The notes beneath the pieces are model-generated. The model was given only the letters and a program-made list of their open reading frames with translations, ran no database searches and was not told the origin of the DNA. Shown piece by piece: positions 25,782-35,105 of a stretch of DNA of 39,566 nt. Source of the DNA: a virus (taxonomy: Duplodnaviria; Caudoviricetes); the IMG/VR virus record IMGVR_UViG_3300032221_000405, positions 1-39,566 of that record; one strand, given 5' to 3'. Made by a program: the position numbers and the translations under genes. How positions within the stretch are numbered: the stretch's first letter is position 1; each line of letters starts with the position of its first letter.

Positions 25782-27334
25782 TATTCGAAGTCCCCTGTCA
25801 CTGGGTTATAAGTTTGAATACCCCCGCCCGCTGCAGGCGCGGCAGGCGGTGCGGACGGCGGTGCGTGAAGTTGTGTCCCATCCGCCCGCATGTAGCCATC
25901 AATTATTGCCTTTTGGTCAGGCAGGAGCGCGGATATTTGCATCTCAATGTTGCGCGCACGGCTCTCTTGTTTCTGCGCAACGCGCTCCGGAGAGTCACCG
26001 GCTGCCGGAAACAAAAACGGAAAGTTTGATGCAAACTCGCTTGGGTTGATACTGGCGCCGGATTCTGTTCGCAGCTTGCCGGTCAAATATTGAAACGCAG
26101 CATCAAAGAAATCTTTGTCAGATTGCGTTTGAAGCTGGTCATAAACAAATCCTGCGCCGACGGTTTGATTGCCAAGGGACTTCAAGACGCCTGCAACTGA
26201 GCTTGGCGCGTTGGTTCCGTCGAACCGACGTAAACGGGGCTCGGCGTCGACCATGTTCATCACGTTCACTGCAGTTTTTTGCTGCGTATCGTTAGGGGAC
26301 TGCGGCTTTGGCGTGCCAAGAGTAATTACATTTGGCTGAGGGGCCGCGGTTGGCGCCGGAGCGGGTTGCGGCGCGGGTTGCGGGTCCGCCGGGCCAACAG
26401 GGGCAGGCGCGTTACTTGAAACAATCGGAGACACCGGGCCCCTATTTACAAAAGGCGTGTCAGTCTGCGGTGCCTGCGGCTGAACAACTACTGGCGCCCC
26501 AGAGTCTTGCTGCGGTGGGGGCGGGGCGCTTTGTGGCTGCGTAGGGGCCGACATCTTAACGCCTGGGAGCGTTGCAAAGCTATGCGTCCCGTCTGAGTTC
26601 TGCCAGCCGTGTTGTGTGGCTGGGTCGACATGAGACATCGCAATTTTGTATGCGAGTTTCTCTTGGTCCGTTGCGGTCCCGTTATCAATTTTTGGTTGCA
26701 AATTTAGAACAACATTGTCCGGCTTATCTTTACCAAACAGTCCCTGCGACGTTGGGTCGTGCGGCCCTTCTTTCACAGTCTCAACAGCAATCTTCGCGTT
26801 CGTCCCCGCCGTATCATTTGGGCCAAGAACTGTCGTCTCTGACGGGGTGCCGCCCGTCAGTGCGAAGTTCGTTCTAAGGTTCTGACTGTCTTGCGGGCCG
26901 AACATGATACCCGTCCCGCCCATGCCGTGATTGACGGCGTTCGCGATGTCCGTTGCATTGGCGCCTGCGCGGGTTACGCCGGACAAATAATTCGATATGG
27001 CGTCAACAGGAACTGGCGCCGCTGCGCCTGACGGCTGCGTGTTCGTTGGTGTTCCACCGAAACGTGCGCGAACAATATCCGGCAATGCGCCAGCAGCTTG
27101 CTCCTTACCGCCGTATTCTTGTTTATTCAGATTTGTGCGTGAATCATTGTAGTCATTGACGTGGCTCATTGAGTCAATGTGCGCGTATTTCTCATCAATC
27201 GACGCCTGTAACAATTGTCGCTTCATGTTACCCGCGCCGCCAAAAGCGTCTGCCAATGACTGACCGAGCGACTGCCCAGAATTAAACATCTGGCCGCTGT
27301 AATTATTCCCCCAATTGACGCCCATCGTTGGCAT
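25781..27334 (-). CDS. Internal virion/ejection protein
   Basis: Pro/Gln linker and LRTESGASI...FP C-terminal domain; operon position. Confidence 0.65.
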   Translation of the reverse strand: MPTMGVNWGNNYSGQMFNSGQSLGQSLADAFGGAGNMKRQLLQASIDEKYAHIDSMSHVNDYNDSRTNLNKQEYGGKEQAAGALPDIVRARFGGTPTNTQPSGAAAPVPVDAISNYLSGVTRAGANATDIANAVNHGMGGTGIMFGPQDSQNLRTNFALTGGTPSETTVLGPNDTAGTNAKIAVETVKEGPHDPTSQGLFGKDKPDNVVLNLQPKIDNGTATDQEKLAYKIAMSHVDPATQHGWQNSDGTHSFATLPGVKMSAPTQPQSAPPPPQQDSGAPVVVQPQAPQTDTPFVNRGPVSPIVSSNAPAPVGPADPQPAPQPAPAPTAAPQPNVITLGTPKPQSPNDTQQKTAVNVMNMVDAEPRLRRFDGTNAPSSVAGVLKSLGNQTVGAGFVYDQLQTQSDKDFFDAAFQYLTGKLRTESGASINPSEFASNFPFLFPAAGDSPERVAQKQESRARNIEMQISALLPDQKAIIDGYMRADGTQLHAPPSAPPAAPAAGGGIQTYNPVTGDFE

Positions 27335-27335
27335 G

Positions 27336-28025
27336 TCAGAAACCTCCCCCGCCCATACCGCTCAATGCGCCGCCAAGTGCGGACAGCCCCATTGCTGCAG
27401 GACTTTGACGATAATTTACCTGTTGCGGCGCCACTTGCTTCGCGACGTCATACGCAGCCATCGAGCCTTTTCTGAAGTTGTTAGCCATGTTTATGTCGCT
27501 TGCGGACTGACCAAACTCCATCGGAATCATGGTCCCAAGACCACCAAACGAGTCGCCGTATGAACTCATACCCGCGAGCGCTTGAATGCGCTGACGTGAA
27601 TCCTGCGCAGCGTTATTAAGTCTGCGCGCAAGGTCTGATGTGAAAACAGAGTCGCCGCCTGACTGACCGGTGAGCGCGCCGGGCTGGGAGCCCGCGGTAA
27701 TACTGCCAGGGGATGCTGTCGGCGCGGAAGATGCTGCGGACGTGCCGCGCATAAGCTCCGGCGCAAGACGCGCTTCTTCTGTCTGCTGCATGGACTTTTG
27801 TCCGATACCGCCGACGTTGTTAAGCGTCTTCATGCGAGACGTGTCAGCCTCTATGCGCAGTTTATTCTGGCGGCCGTATTCCATCTGCCGTTGTGCGGCC
27901 TGGTAGGCATACCAGTTGTCAATGTTCTGGCGCTGCTGTTGCTGCGCCTTCTGTCTGTTCTGCATCTCGATTAAACCGCTGCCAACTGAAGCACCGGCGC
28001 CGAGGAGGGGAGCTGCCATTCCCAT
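27336..28025 (-). CDS. Internal virion protein
   Basis: Gly/Ala hydrophobic termini around a Gln-rich coiled-coil. Confidence 0.65.
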   Translation of the reverse strand: MGMAAPLLGAGASVGSGLIEMQNRQKAQQQQRQNIDNWYAYQAAQRQMEYGRQNKLRIEADTSRMKTLNNVGGIGQKSMQQTEEARLAPELMRGTSAASSAPTASPGSITAGSQPGALTGQSGGDSVFTSDLARRLNNAAQDSRQRIQALAGMSSYGDSFGGLGTMIPMEFGQSASDINMANNFRKGSMAAYDVAKQVAPQQVNYRQSPAAMGLSALGGALSGMGGGGF

Positions 28026-28038
28026 CGTATATTACCCC

Positions 28039-28695
28039 TTAACTAATTATCTTTGAGCGGTCAGAGAATGCGCGACCGCCTGGCGGTGAGCCGCCACCGC
28101 CGAACATGCCCATTCCACCGCCGTCGGCGAAAGACTTGATTGCATTGCCACCGCCAACCATTGCTTGCGAAAACATATTCGCGAGCGGGCTATTATCGGG
28201 CGGGGCTAATCGAATATTTTGAATGCCGTTAAGCGCAGTCGTCAGACCCATGTCCGGGTCGTTTGTTGCATAAAGTTGCTGCTCTGCTTGGTTCTTTTGG
28301 TCAGCAACTCTTGAACGCAGCGTCGCTTTTGCGCTGTCAATTTTCGAGTTCATTCCGGCGACGGCGATGTCGTTTTGTCTGGATAAATCAGCGGCCAATT
28401 CTGCAGCGGCCCCAGAGCGCAATGTCCCTGCGTCTGCGAGTCTATAGGTCAAATCTTTCTGAGAGTCCGCATACTGTTTTTGAATTTGCGGCTGGTAATA
28501 ACTCCGCATGTCGGCGCCATAACGCGCATAAAATGGGTCGTTAGGATTTTGCAAGGATTGAAATTGACGGTCGATTTGGTCTCGACCGGTTCTGATGCGC
28601 TGCTGGCGAAGTTCTTCATTCGCCCGCGCATCATTAATCTGCATCATTTGAAACATATCGCCGGCTTGCATTCCGCCGCCACCGCCACTGCCCAT
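28039..28695 (-). CDS. Internal virion protein starting MGSGGGGG
   Basis: TAATG-coupled to the GNAT gene; AGGAG RBS. Confidence 0.7.
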   Translation of the reverse strand: MGSGGGGGMQAGDMFQMMQINDARANEELRQQRIRTGRDQIDRQFQSLQNPNDPFYARYGADMRSYYQPQIQKQYADSQKDLTYRLADAGTLRSGAAAELAADLSRQNDIAVAGMNSKIDSAKATLRSRVADQKNQAEQQLYATNDPDMGLTTALNGIQNIRLAPPDNSPLANMFSQAMVGGGNAIKSFADGGGMGMFGGGGSPPGGRAFSDRSKIIS

Positions 28696-29207
28696 TATAG
28701 ACTCCTACCCATGATGTAGCCGGTCATTCGCATTCCGCCTTTAGCGAGAAGATTACCGAGGCTATTGATATGTTCTGACCCAGAATTAACCGGGGAAATG
28801 AACGCACACGCTTGTTCGTCGCGGGCGATGTCGTGCGCCATACGCAGCAGCATGCGGCCGATTAATGTCCGGCGGTATTTCTTCGTCACGAAGAAATGAA
28901 CGAGAATAGCAAGCGGTTTTTTATAAAATGACGAGTCGTAATAAAATGATATACCGCCGACGATAACGCCGTCGACTTCCGCCAGGACGTGGTGAATAAA
29001 CCCGTTTTCAATAGCAGTGCGGAGATACTTCTCTGTGCCGTGCTCGCAGAACTCCGCGCCGACCTGGCTCATTTTACTGATAGCAAAAAACTCGCGGCCA
29101 AGCTCAACCAACGCCGGGACGTCTTCAACGTCAGCAAGGCGAAAGTTCAATCCATCCGGAACGAGCCGAGTGTCTCTTTTAATGTCTGGGGTAACTGTGT
29201 CGAGCAT
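28695..29207 (-). CDS. GNAT-family acyltransferase (start uncertain; track gives 29261)
   Basis: FRLADVEDVPAL, LAEVDGVIVG, and acyl-CoA motif FFVTKKYRRTLIGRMLL. Confidence 0.85.
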   Translation of the reverse strand: MLDTVTPDIKRDTRLVPDGLNFRLADVEDVPALVELGREFFAISKMSQVGAEFCEHGTEKYLRTAIENGFIHHVLAEVDGVIVGGISFYYDSSFYKKPLAILVHFFVTKKYRRTLIGRMLLRMAHDIARDEQACAFISPVNSGSEHINSLGNLLAKGGMRMTGYIMGRSL

Positions 29208-29289
29208 GAGCCGCTTGGAGTTTGCGGCAGGCGCCAATCCCTGCAGAAAGTGGCAGCGCAACGCGCTCTCGACGTATGTTTTCTATCAT

Positions 29290-31644
29290 TTAATCGCTGT
29301 CCTGCGCAAGATTGTAATGAATTGCTACGCTCGACAGTTTGGCGGGGGCCGCAGTCTTATTATAAAACCGCAGGCTCAAATGCGTTGAATAGGCGGTCAT
29401 CTCATGCAACCCCTTATTCCATGTGCTCGTTGAAACAGGGTTCGCCGCATTGCTCGGGGAGATGTGCGCAACAGGCTCTTCTGCGTCCGGCATATCGTAA
29501 TTGAACGCCGCCGAGACGTCCCAGGAGCCCTCTGCCGTCGCGTCAAATGCAGTGAATACTTTTTCATGCCCGGGCTTTGAGCCGTCATGGAACGGCAGGC
29601 GGACCTCAACGCCGCAGTTGTCGTAATCCGTCCCGTTCACGCCGCCAAATAGGTAAAGGTCGTCGCCGGACCGGATGAAGACGCGGTCGCCCGCAACAAC
29701 GATATTATCAATATCAAAATCCGTCGTGTAGATAGACCAGGCGGTGACGTCTGGGCCGGGAAAGTAACTAAGGACCGCAATCTCTCGCGGAAACGCCAAC
29801 CAGAACCTGCCGACAACAGGTTCAAGAATTGCGCGGGCGTTATAGTAATGATTCACGCTCCCGTATTTCTCAGGGATGCCGCGGATATATTCATCAATCG
29901 GCGAGCCGATGTCGGACACCGCTGCAGAGTTTGAAACATTACGTGCTTTAAGAGAACGTATCCCAGAGCTCGCCAAGAATAAGACGTCACCCGAACCAAA
30001 GCCCTGCACGCTCCATGGCGCTCGCGTTCCAGTTGCGCGAAGTATTTGTCCGAGAACATTCTGCTTATAGTCGGATACAACAGTCCAAATTTGACTTGTG
30101 TATTCCGACATCAGAACAAGTTTATCGTAATATATTTCACAGCCCGTTAACCTGGAACTGGCGCCCTCTTGCAAAGAAATATTTATATAATTTGCCCCTG
30201 CGCGTGACGTATCATTCGGGTCAGTCGCCGCCTCCCATAAGAACGCGTTGTCCGTCGCAGAGAAGCGAAGATATTTATCGCCGACGCAATACATCTTGCT
30301 TTTATAAGCACGAAGATGGAGCCCCTTACCTGAGCCCTCCGTCTCAGCGTAATTGCCTTTGTTCGGGTTCTTTTTAGTTGTCCAGGTCCACGTTAAGTCA
30401 AGGTTTTGTAGAAGCTGGTCGTTAACAGTGTCTCTTTCGTCTTTATAATAATGCGGGTTCTTTAGTCGCGCTGAAAGTTTCCACTGCTCCCATAACCCTG
30501 CCTTACGGACCCATGTCGTGTTATCCGTAGTCCTTAAAAATATATCGCCGTCTGTAGCTGTTGTCGGAAGAGTTGTTCCGCTTGTCTTTGCGATAGGGGC
30601 GCGCCCGGTCCACAACACCCAGGCGCTCGTTTGCCACTCATAATAATTATTATCTGTCGTTAATAAAAACGCGGTCCCGTCTTTTACACCGTCCGGCAAT
30701 TTCGCAACAGTGAAGTCTGGAACGAACGGAACCCAAACTTGATTCTTCGTAACATAATTCTTGTTGTCCGCAGAATTGGTAATCGTGTATTTTTCCATTT
30801 GGCTTGATGGAAGATTAGCACCGTTACTGTCCGCATCCCATGTCGCCCAGACTTTACCCTTTACGACATACACGGAACTGCTGCGCGTATCTAAGAATGT
30901 ATCACCATTTTGAAAATACGTCGGGACTCCCTTACCGACCGGCGTATTTGTTGCGCCGTCCGCAGTGGAAACAATCGTTGCGCCGGTGTCCCCGGTCGGA
31001 ACGCCCGCGCCCTTATCGCGTGGTTTCCATATGTCCCAATCGCCGTTAAAATTTATAACGTAAATTTTATTGTCTGCGAGATGCTTAAAAGTTGTTCCCT
31101 GATACCCACGGCCAGGAATTGCAGAAACAACTTTTGTTGGCGACCAAGACGTCCACGCATTCTGGCGCCAGACATAAATCTGATTGTCAGATGTTTGGAG
31201 ATATGTCGTCCCGTCAGGAACGCCTGTAGGTAAAACACTGCCGCTCTTTGTATCCGCGGGCGGTGACGGCGTTGGGTCGTATAATGACACATACAACTTA
31301 CCGTCGAACACTTCATAATCTGAGAGAACTGACGTCGGAGAGTCGTTCGGCAAAACGTGGTATTCAAGCGTAACGTCTGTCGGATGGTCCCCCGCCGGAC
31401 CAGTTAATAACGGGCATACGGGGTGAGTGTTCTTTGTAAATGCGACAACCTTCTCGCCAATTGCTGCAAGACCAAACGTCCCTTTAAGGTCGGCGACTTT
31501 AACGAATGCGCGACGCTTAACAATTTCACCGCCAGGGCTAATCGCAGCGTTGATAAGTTTTGTCAGCGTGCCCGCTGGCGCCGTTAAGATACTCTTACGA
31601 ACGTCGAGGCCGGATTTAAAATCGTTGATTAAAAAATATGGCAT
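29290..31644 (-). CDS. Tail nozzle/DNA stabilisation protein with a repeat insert
   Basis: MPYFLINDFKSGLD...NAAISPGGEIVKRRA N-terminus and beta-propeller-like C-terminal part; follows the adaptor gene with TAATG coupling. Confidence 0.8.
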   Translation of the reverse strand: MPYFLINDFKSGLDVRKSILTAPAGTLTKLINAAISPGGEIVKRRAFVKVADLKGTFGLAAIGEKVVAFTKNTHPVCPLLTGPAGDHPTDVTLEYHVLPNDSPTSVLSDYEVFDGKLYVSLYDPTPSPPADTKSGSVLPTGVPDGTTYLQTSDNQIYVWRQNAWTSWSPTKVVSAIPGRGYQGTTFKHLADNKIYVINFNGDWDIWKPRDKGAGVPTGDTGATIVSTADGATNTPVGKGVPTYFQNGDTFLDTRSSSVYVVKGKVWATWDADSNGANLPSSQMEKYTITNSADNKNYVTKNQVWVPFVPDFTVAKLPDGVKDGTAFLLTTDNNYYEWQTSAWVLWTGRAPIAKTSGTTLPTTATDGDIFLRTTDNTTWVRKAGLWEQWKLSARLKNPHYYKDERDTVNDQLLQNLDLTWTWTTKKNPNKGNYAETEGSGKGLHLRAYKSKMYCVGDKYLRFSATDNAFLWEAATDPNDTSRAGANYINISLQEGASSRLTGCEIYYDKLVLMSEYTSQIWTVVSDYKQNVLGQILRATGTRAPWSVQGFGSGDVLFLASSGIRSLKARNVSNSAAVSDIGSPIDEYIRGIPEKYGSVNHYYNARAILEPVVGRFWLAFPREIAVLSYFPGPDVTAWSIYTTDFDIDNIVVAGDRVFIRSGDDLYLFGGVNGTDYDNCGVEVRLPFHDGSKPGHEKVFTAFDATAEGSWDVSAAFNYDMPDAEEPVAHISPSNAANPVSTSTWNKGLHEMTAYSTHLSLRFYNKTAAPAKLSSVAIHYNLAQDSD

Positions 31645-32339
31645 TAGGGCATGTTCCGCCAAGATGGAAAGTATGCGTTGGTGTTCGGGCGCGGGCCGTT
31701 GAATGCGCCGAACGTGCTTACTTTATGCTTTGCGCTTACTTTATTTGCGAGTGTCTTTTGCAAATGGCGCTGCGCCTTCTGCAGCTTGTCTTTTGCGTCG
31801 TCAGCTTTCGCCCGGGTCAAGAGCTCCGCAGCGACAAAGAGCGTGATGATTGTGGCGTCAAGCGTGCAGCAGTCGTCATCAGAGCACATAGAATTAAGCG
31901 GCTTCATCCCCTTTAATCGGATAAAACCCTTTTGCGTTGGGACAGGCCAAATACGGAGAAACTCTTCTGTTTGTGTCTCCCAATATTTTATCGTTGTTCC
32001 ATGCGCCGCAGTGGTTCCGTAAACTTGATGCGCCTCTTCTGGGATGCCAAATTCTACAACGGACCAACGCTGACCGTCATCAGGCGTCCACAAGACCTCG
32101 CGTATCTGGTCGAACTGTAATTCTGCCGGATACATATATTCTGTTTGTCCGACCTGCACAGACGTGTCCCAGCGAACCGTGAGCGTGGGCCACTGAAACG
32201 CGGTCCACAACTCCTCCTCGGTTCTCTTTATTAAATGTTTAAGAGTGTCGACGGTGTTTAAACCTTGCGAAGGCGTCAACGCATGGCCGGCTTCCGCACG
32301 AACCATTTTCACCAAAGTCCCAAGTGTAACCGTCGTCAT
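31644..32339 (-). CDS. Head-tail adaptor (tubular protein A-like)
   Basis: TLGTLVKMVRAEAG, WPTL, RIWPVP; position between capsid and nozzle genes. Confidence 0.7.
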   Translation of the reverse strand: MTTVTLGTLVKMVRAEAGHALTPSQGLNTVDTLKHLIKRTEEELWTAFQWPTLTVRWDTSVQVGQTEYMYPAELQFDQIREVLWTPDDGQRWSVVEFGIPEEAHQVYGTTAAHGTTIKYWETQTEEFLRIWPVPTQKGFIRLKGMKPLNSMCSDDDCCTLDATIITLFVAAELLTRAKADDAKDKLQKAQRHLQKTLANKVSAKHKVSTFGAFNGPRPNTNAYFPSWRNMP

Positions 32340-32350
32340 TTCTTAATTCC

Positions 32351-32791
32351 TTATGATGCCGCGAATGGTGTCTTCGTGGCGCTCTTTGCAGCTGGGCGCT
32401 GCTCGGGCGGGAGGTCATAACCTGCAGGCTCTTTATCAATTGGATTTTTCCAAAGCGGAATCTGCTCTGGAAGTTTTGCGCCTGCTGCGGTCATCTCAAT
32501 CTGTGGGTTCTTGCCGGGGTAAACTTCATCGACAACGGGCCCGTAAAGATGACGCAGGCGCTCTTTTTCCTCTTTAGCTGTCTGCTTGACGTCAACGAAT
32601 GGCACAACATTCTCAACTGCATCATCGCCGTGAATAGCGCGGAGAACTTCAACCTCCGGCCAAGACACCGGATTAAATTCGGCGCGTGGGACCACGTTAC
32701 GTAAGTCACCCGCAATTTTTACGTCGCATTTACAAAAGTGCATTTCTAATTTCTCCACACTCATTGCACCCCGATAAGACGAGAGAGCCAC
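32351..32791 (-). CDS. Hypothetical head-region protein (start probably about 32764)
   Basis: VSWPEVEVLRAIHGDDAV...EKERLRHLYG; co-oriented after the capsid gene. Confidence 0.65.
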   Translation of the reverse strand: MALSSYRGAMSVEKLEMHFCKCDVKIAGDLRNVVPRAEFNPVSWPEVEVLRAIHGDDAVENVVPFVDVKQTAKEEKERLRHLYGPVVDEVYPGKNPQIEMTAAGAKLPEQIPLWKNPIDKEPAGYDLPPEQRPAAKSATKTPFAAS

Positions 32792-32806
32792 CGTGGCGGC
32801 TCTCTC
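32781..32806 (-). terminator. Hairpin after the capsid gene, possible weak terminator
   Basis: GAGAGAGCC...GGCTCTCTC stem with a poor U tract; a second hairpin lies at about 32809-32845. Confidence 0.45.
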
Positions 32807-32852
32807 TTGCTCTCTTCACGCCGGAGTGCGACGCCGTGAAGGAGCTTTTTCG

Positions 32853-33956
32853 CTATTTAATATCAATAACGAGCGAGCTGTTCAGACGTGTAGGAACAAT
32901 CTGACCAGTGCTCGTAATTGAGCGATAAATCACAAACTGTGCGGCAGGTCTTGATGGCGTATGGTCTTTACGCCATTCCTGGTCCATAGCGAACAAACGA
33001 ATTGCGTTCGTATCGAGCCAGTAGCATCTCTTCGACAGATTTAAATCATCGAGAGTCGGGTCATACGTAAAAGTTGTTCCCATGAATTTCATGGAACCCA
33101 TTGACGCATCCTGGCTGTCTGTGAAGCCCGTTACTGAATACGTGCCGTTAGCGCGGATTTCAGTTTCCATAGCATCCAAGAAAGCGCTCCCGCAGACTGC
33201 AAAGTCAGGTTTGCCCCCGAATCTAACAAGCTGGCGTTGTTCAAATTGGAGCACCTGTAAAAGTGCCCCACCTGATGCAGCAGAACTCTGAACTGCGTCG
33301 CCACCGCCAGCAGAAAGCGCAGGCGTTGCTGTAACTTTAGCGCCAAACGCTGCAGTTCTTGCACGGTTACGCCAGAAAGCGCTCGTCGCTTGATTTATGC
33401 CGCCAACAGTTCCTGTTGATGGGTCAGCTTTAACAATCGCAGCAAGACCCGTAAGCGCTTTCGCGTCTGACGTGCCATCTCCATACGCAAGCGTATTGAA
33501 AGAGCGGGCATACTGTTCACCAAGCGCGAAGAGTTTGTCTTGCAACAAATCAACGAGCACAGTGAGCTCACGCTGCGAATGGTTCGACGTGTTTTCGCCG
33601 TTCGTATCTTTTACGCTGATACCGTCAATTTTCAGCTCGGTCATCGTCATCGTTAAACCGATGTGATGCTCACGCCATGGAAAATTAGCCCGGAGAATAT
33701 TTGCGGGCGTAAAAAATCCAACGGTATCATTATGAGTGAATCCTTTGACAACGTCGTTGCCAGAGCCGTCACCAAATTGTCCCTCGATTGCTACGCTTAT
33801 GTCTGACTTCCCACCTGGGAAAGTTTTTTTCTTGCTCTCTAGTTTGTCCCACAATGGGCGTGACTGAAGAGTCTGACGAAATACATCGCCCTTGTTGAAG
33901 TAATAATCTAACGCCGCGTTTGCGATGTTAGCGATTTCACCTGCTGTAAACGCCAT
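32853..33956 (-). CDS. Major capsid protein
   Basis: 367 aa after the scaffold gene; YGDGT...LTGL, GTVGGIN...FWRN motifs of podovirus capsid proteins. Confidence 0.9.
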   Translation of the reverse strand: MAFTAGEIANIANAALDYYFNKGDVFRQTLQSRPLWDKLESKKKTFPGGKSDISVAIEGQFGDGSGNDVVKGFTHNDTVGFFTPANILRANFPWREHHIGLTMTMTELKIDGISVKDTNGENTSNHSQRELTVLVDLLQDKLFALGEQYARSFNTLAYGDGTSDAKALTGLAAIVKADPSTGTVGGINQATSAFWRNRARTAAFGAKVTATPALSAGGGDAVQSSAASGGALLQVLQFEQRQLVRFGGKPDFAVCGSAFLDAMETEIRANGTYSVTGFTDSQDASMGSMKFMGTTFTYDPTLDDLNLSKRCYWLDTNAIRLFAMDQEWRKDHTPSRPAAQFVIYRSITSTGQIVPTRLNSSLVIDIK

Positions 33957-33981
33957 AGTTATTTACTCACTATATTTGTTG

Positions 33982-33998
33982 AGCGTTAAAACTAACGA
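33982..33998. repeat. 17-bp repeat upstream of the capsid gene
   Basis: AGCGTTAAAACTAACGA, identical to 35057-35073. Confidence 0.85.
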
Positions 33999-35032
33999 TC
34001 AAGCGCCATTTTGACTGCGTCCATCAACGATTTTGGTTGCGGGCGCGATTGCGGAGTTTGTGGATTTGACCGGCCCGGCGTTGGTGTAGTTGCACGCACA
34101 GCTGGTTGAAGTCGTCGGAATTGCGCGTTCACTTCGTTGTAGGCTTCCTGCGTTATCTGCAGGGCCTCTTCAACGGACTGAATACGTCCACCACGTTCAA
34201 ACAGTCGCGCTTGCGCAACGCGTCTAATCGCATCCTGTTTTTTAGCGTAGTCGGGGTCGCTCGCAGCGAGACGTTCTTCAAAAGAACTAACGGAACGCTG
34301 CACGTCGTCCTTCACACGATGCACATGCGCGCTTTGTTGTTGTGCGTGCATTTGTCGTGTCTGAACTTCGTAATTGGCGCGCTCGAAGCGCGTTGTTGCA
34401 AGTTCGCGAGCCGCTTCGGCTGTCATCTGTCCCTGCGAAACCCTCTGCTGAAGGTCCGACGGTAATACGACTCCGATAACTTCTTGCGCGTGCCGAATTA
34501 GCGGCGCAAGGCGGTCATAAAAGCCTTGATAATCTCCACGCTTTACAAGCGTTAAAATATCAAGCGCCTCAACGATGTCTCCAGTATCAAGGCCGTTAGC
34601 CTGCTGGAAGTTTGCGAGTTGCTGTCCAATTTCCGCCGGCGCTCTTAACTGCGCGACCTCATCGCGAAGCTCTCTACGCTGACGGAGTAGTTTATTCACT
34701 TTCTTACGAACAGCCGCCGTTGCTTCTGGCGGTGCCTGTTCATCGTCAGATGAATCGTCCTGTTCTGTTTCTTCTGAACTCTCGTCCTCTGCCTTAACCT
34801 CTCCTTGCTCGTCTGAGGCCGGGGGCGCCTCTTCCGAAGTTTCGCTTGTGACCGTCGGCTCGGGCGTGGGTTCAACCACCTTTAGCACGGCGTCCATCAA
34901 CGATTCTTTGGACTGTTCCCCTTGTGTCTCAGAGACAGTTGTCTCTGTAGATGGCGTCGATGATTCAACTACCGGAGCGCTGCTCTCGACTGTTGTTGAA
35001 CTATCGGTTGTATTTTCTGCTTCGGCTTGCAC
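33992..35032 (-). CDS. Capsid scaffolding protein
   Basis: Acidic disordered N-terminus and coiled-coils; between portal and capsid genes; AGGAG RBS. Confidence 0.8.
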   Translation of the reverse strand: MQAEAENTTDSSTTVESSAPVVESSTPSTETTVSETQGEQSKESLMDAVLKVVEPTPEPTVTSETSEEAPPASDEQGEVKAEDESSEETEQDDSSDDEQAPPEATAAVRKKVNKLLRQRRELRDEVAQLRAPAEIGQQLANFQQANGLDTGDIVEALDILTLVKRGDYQGFYDRLAPLIRHAQEVIGVVLPSDLQQRVSQGQMTAEAARELATTRFERANYEVQTRQMHAQQQSAHVHRVKDDVQRSVSSFEERLAASDPDYAKKQDAIRRVAQARLFERGGRIQSVEEALQITQEAYNEVNAQFRRLQPAVRATTPTPGRSNPQTPQSRPQPKSLMDAVKMALDR

Positions 35033-35056
35033 TCTCAGCTCCTGCGTTGTTCGTTT

Positions 35057-35073
35057 AGCGTTAAAACTAACGA
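35057..35073. repeat. 17-bp repeat upstream of the scaffold gene
   Basis: Identical to 33982-33998. Confidence 0.85.
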
Positions 35074-35105
35074 GTTGGACAAATATATACTTTTCAAGTT
35101 CAGCG

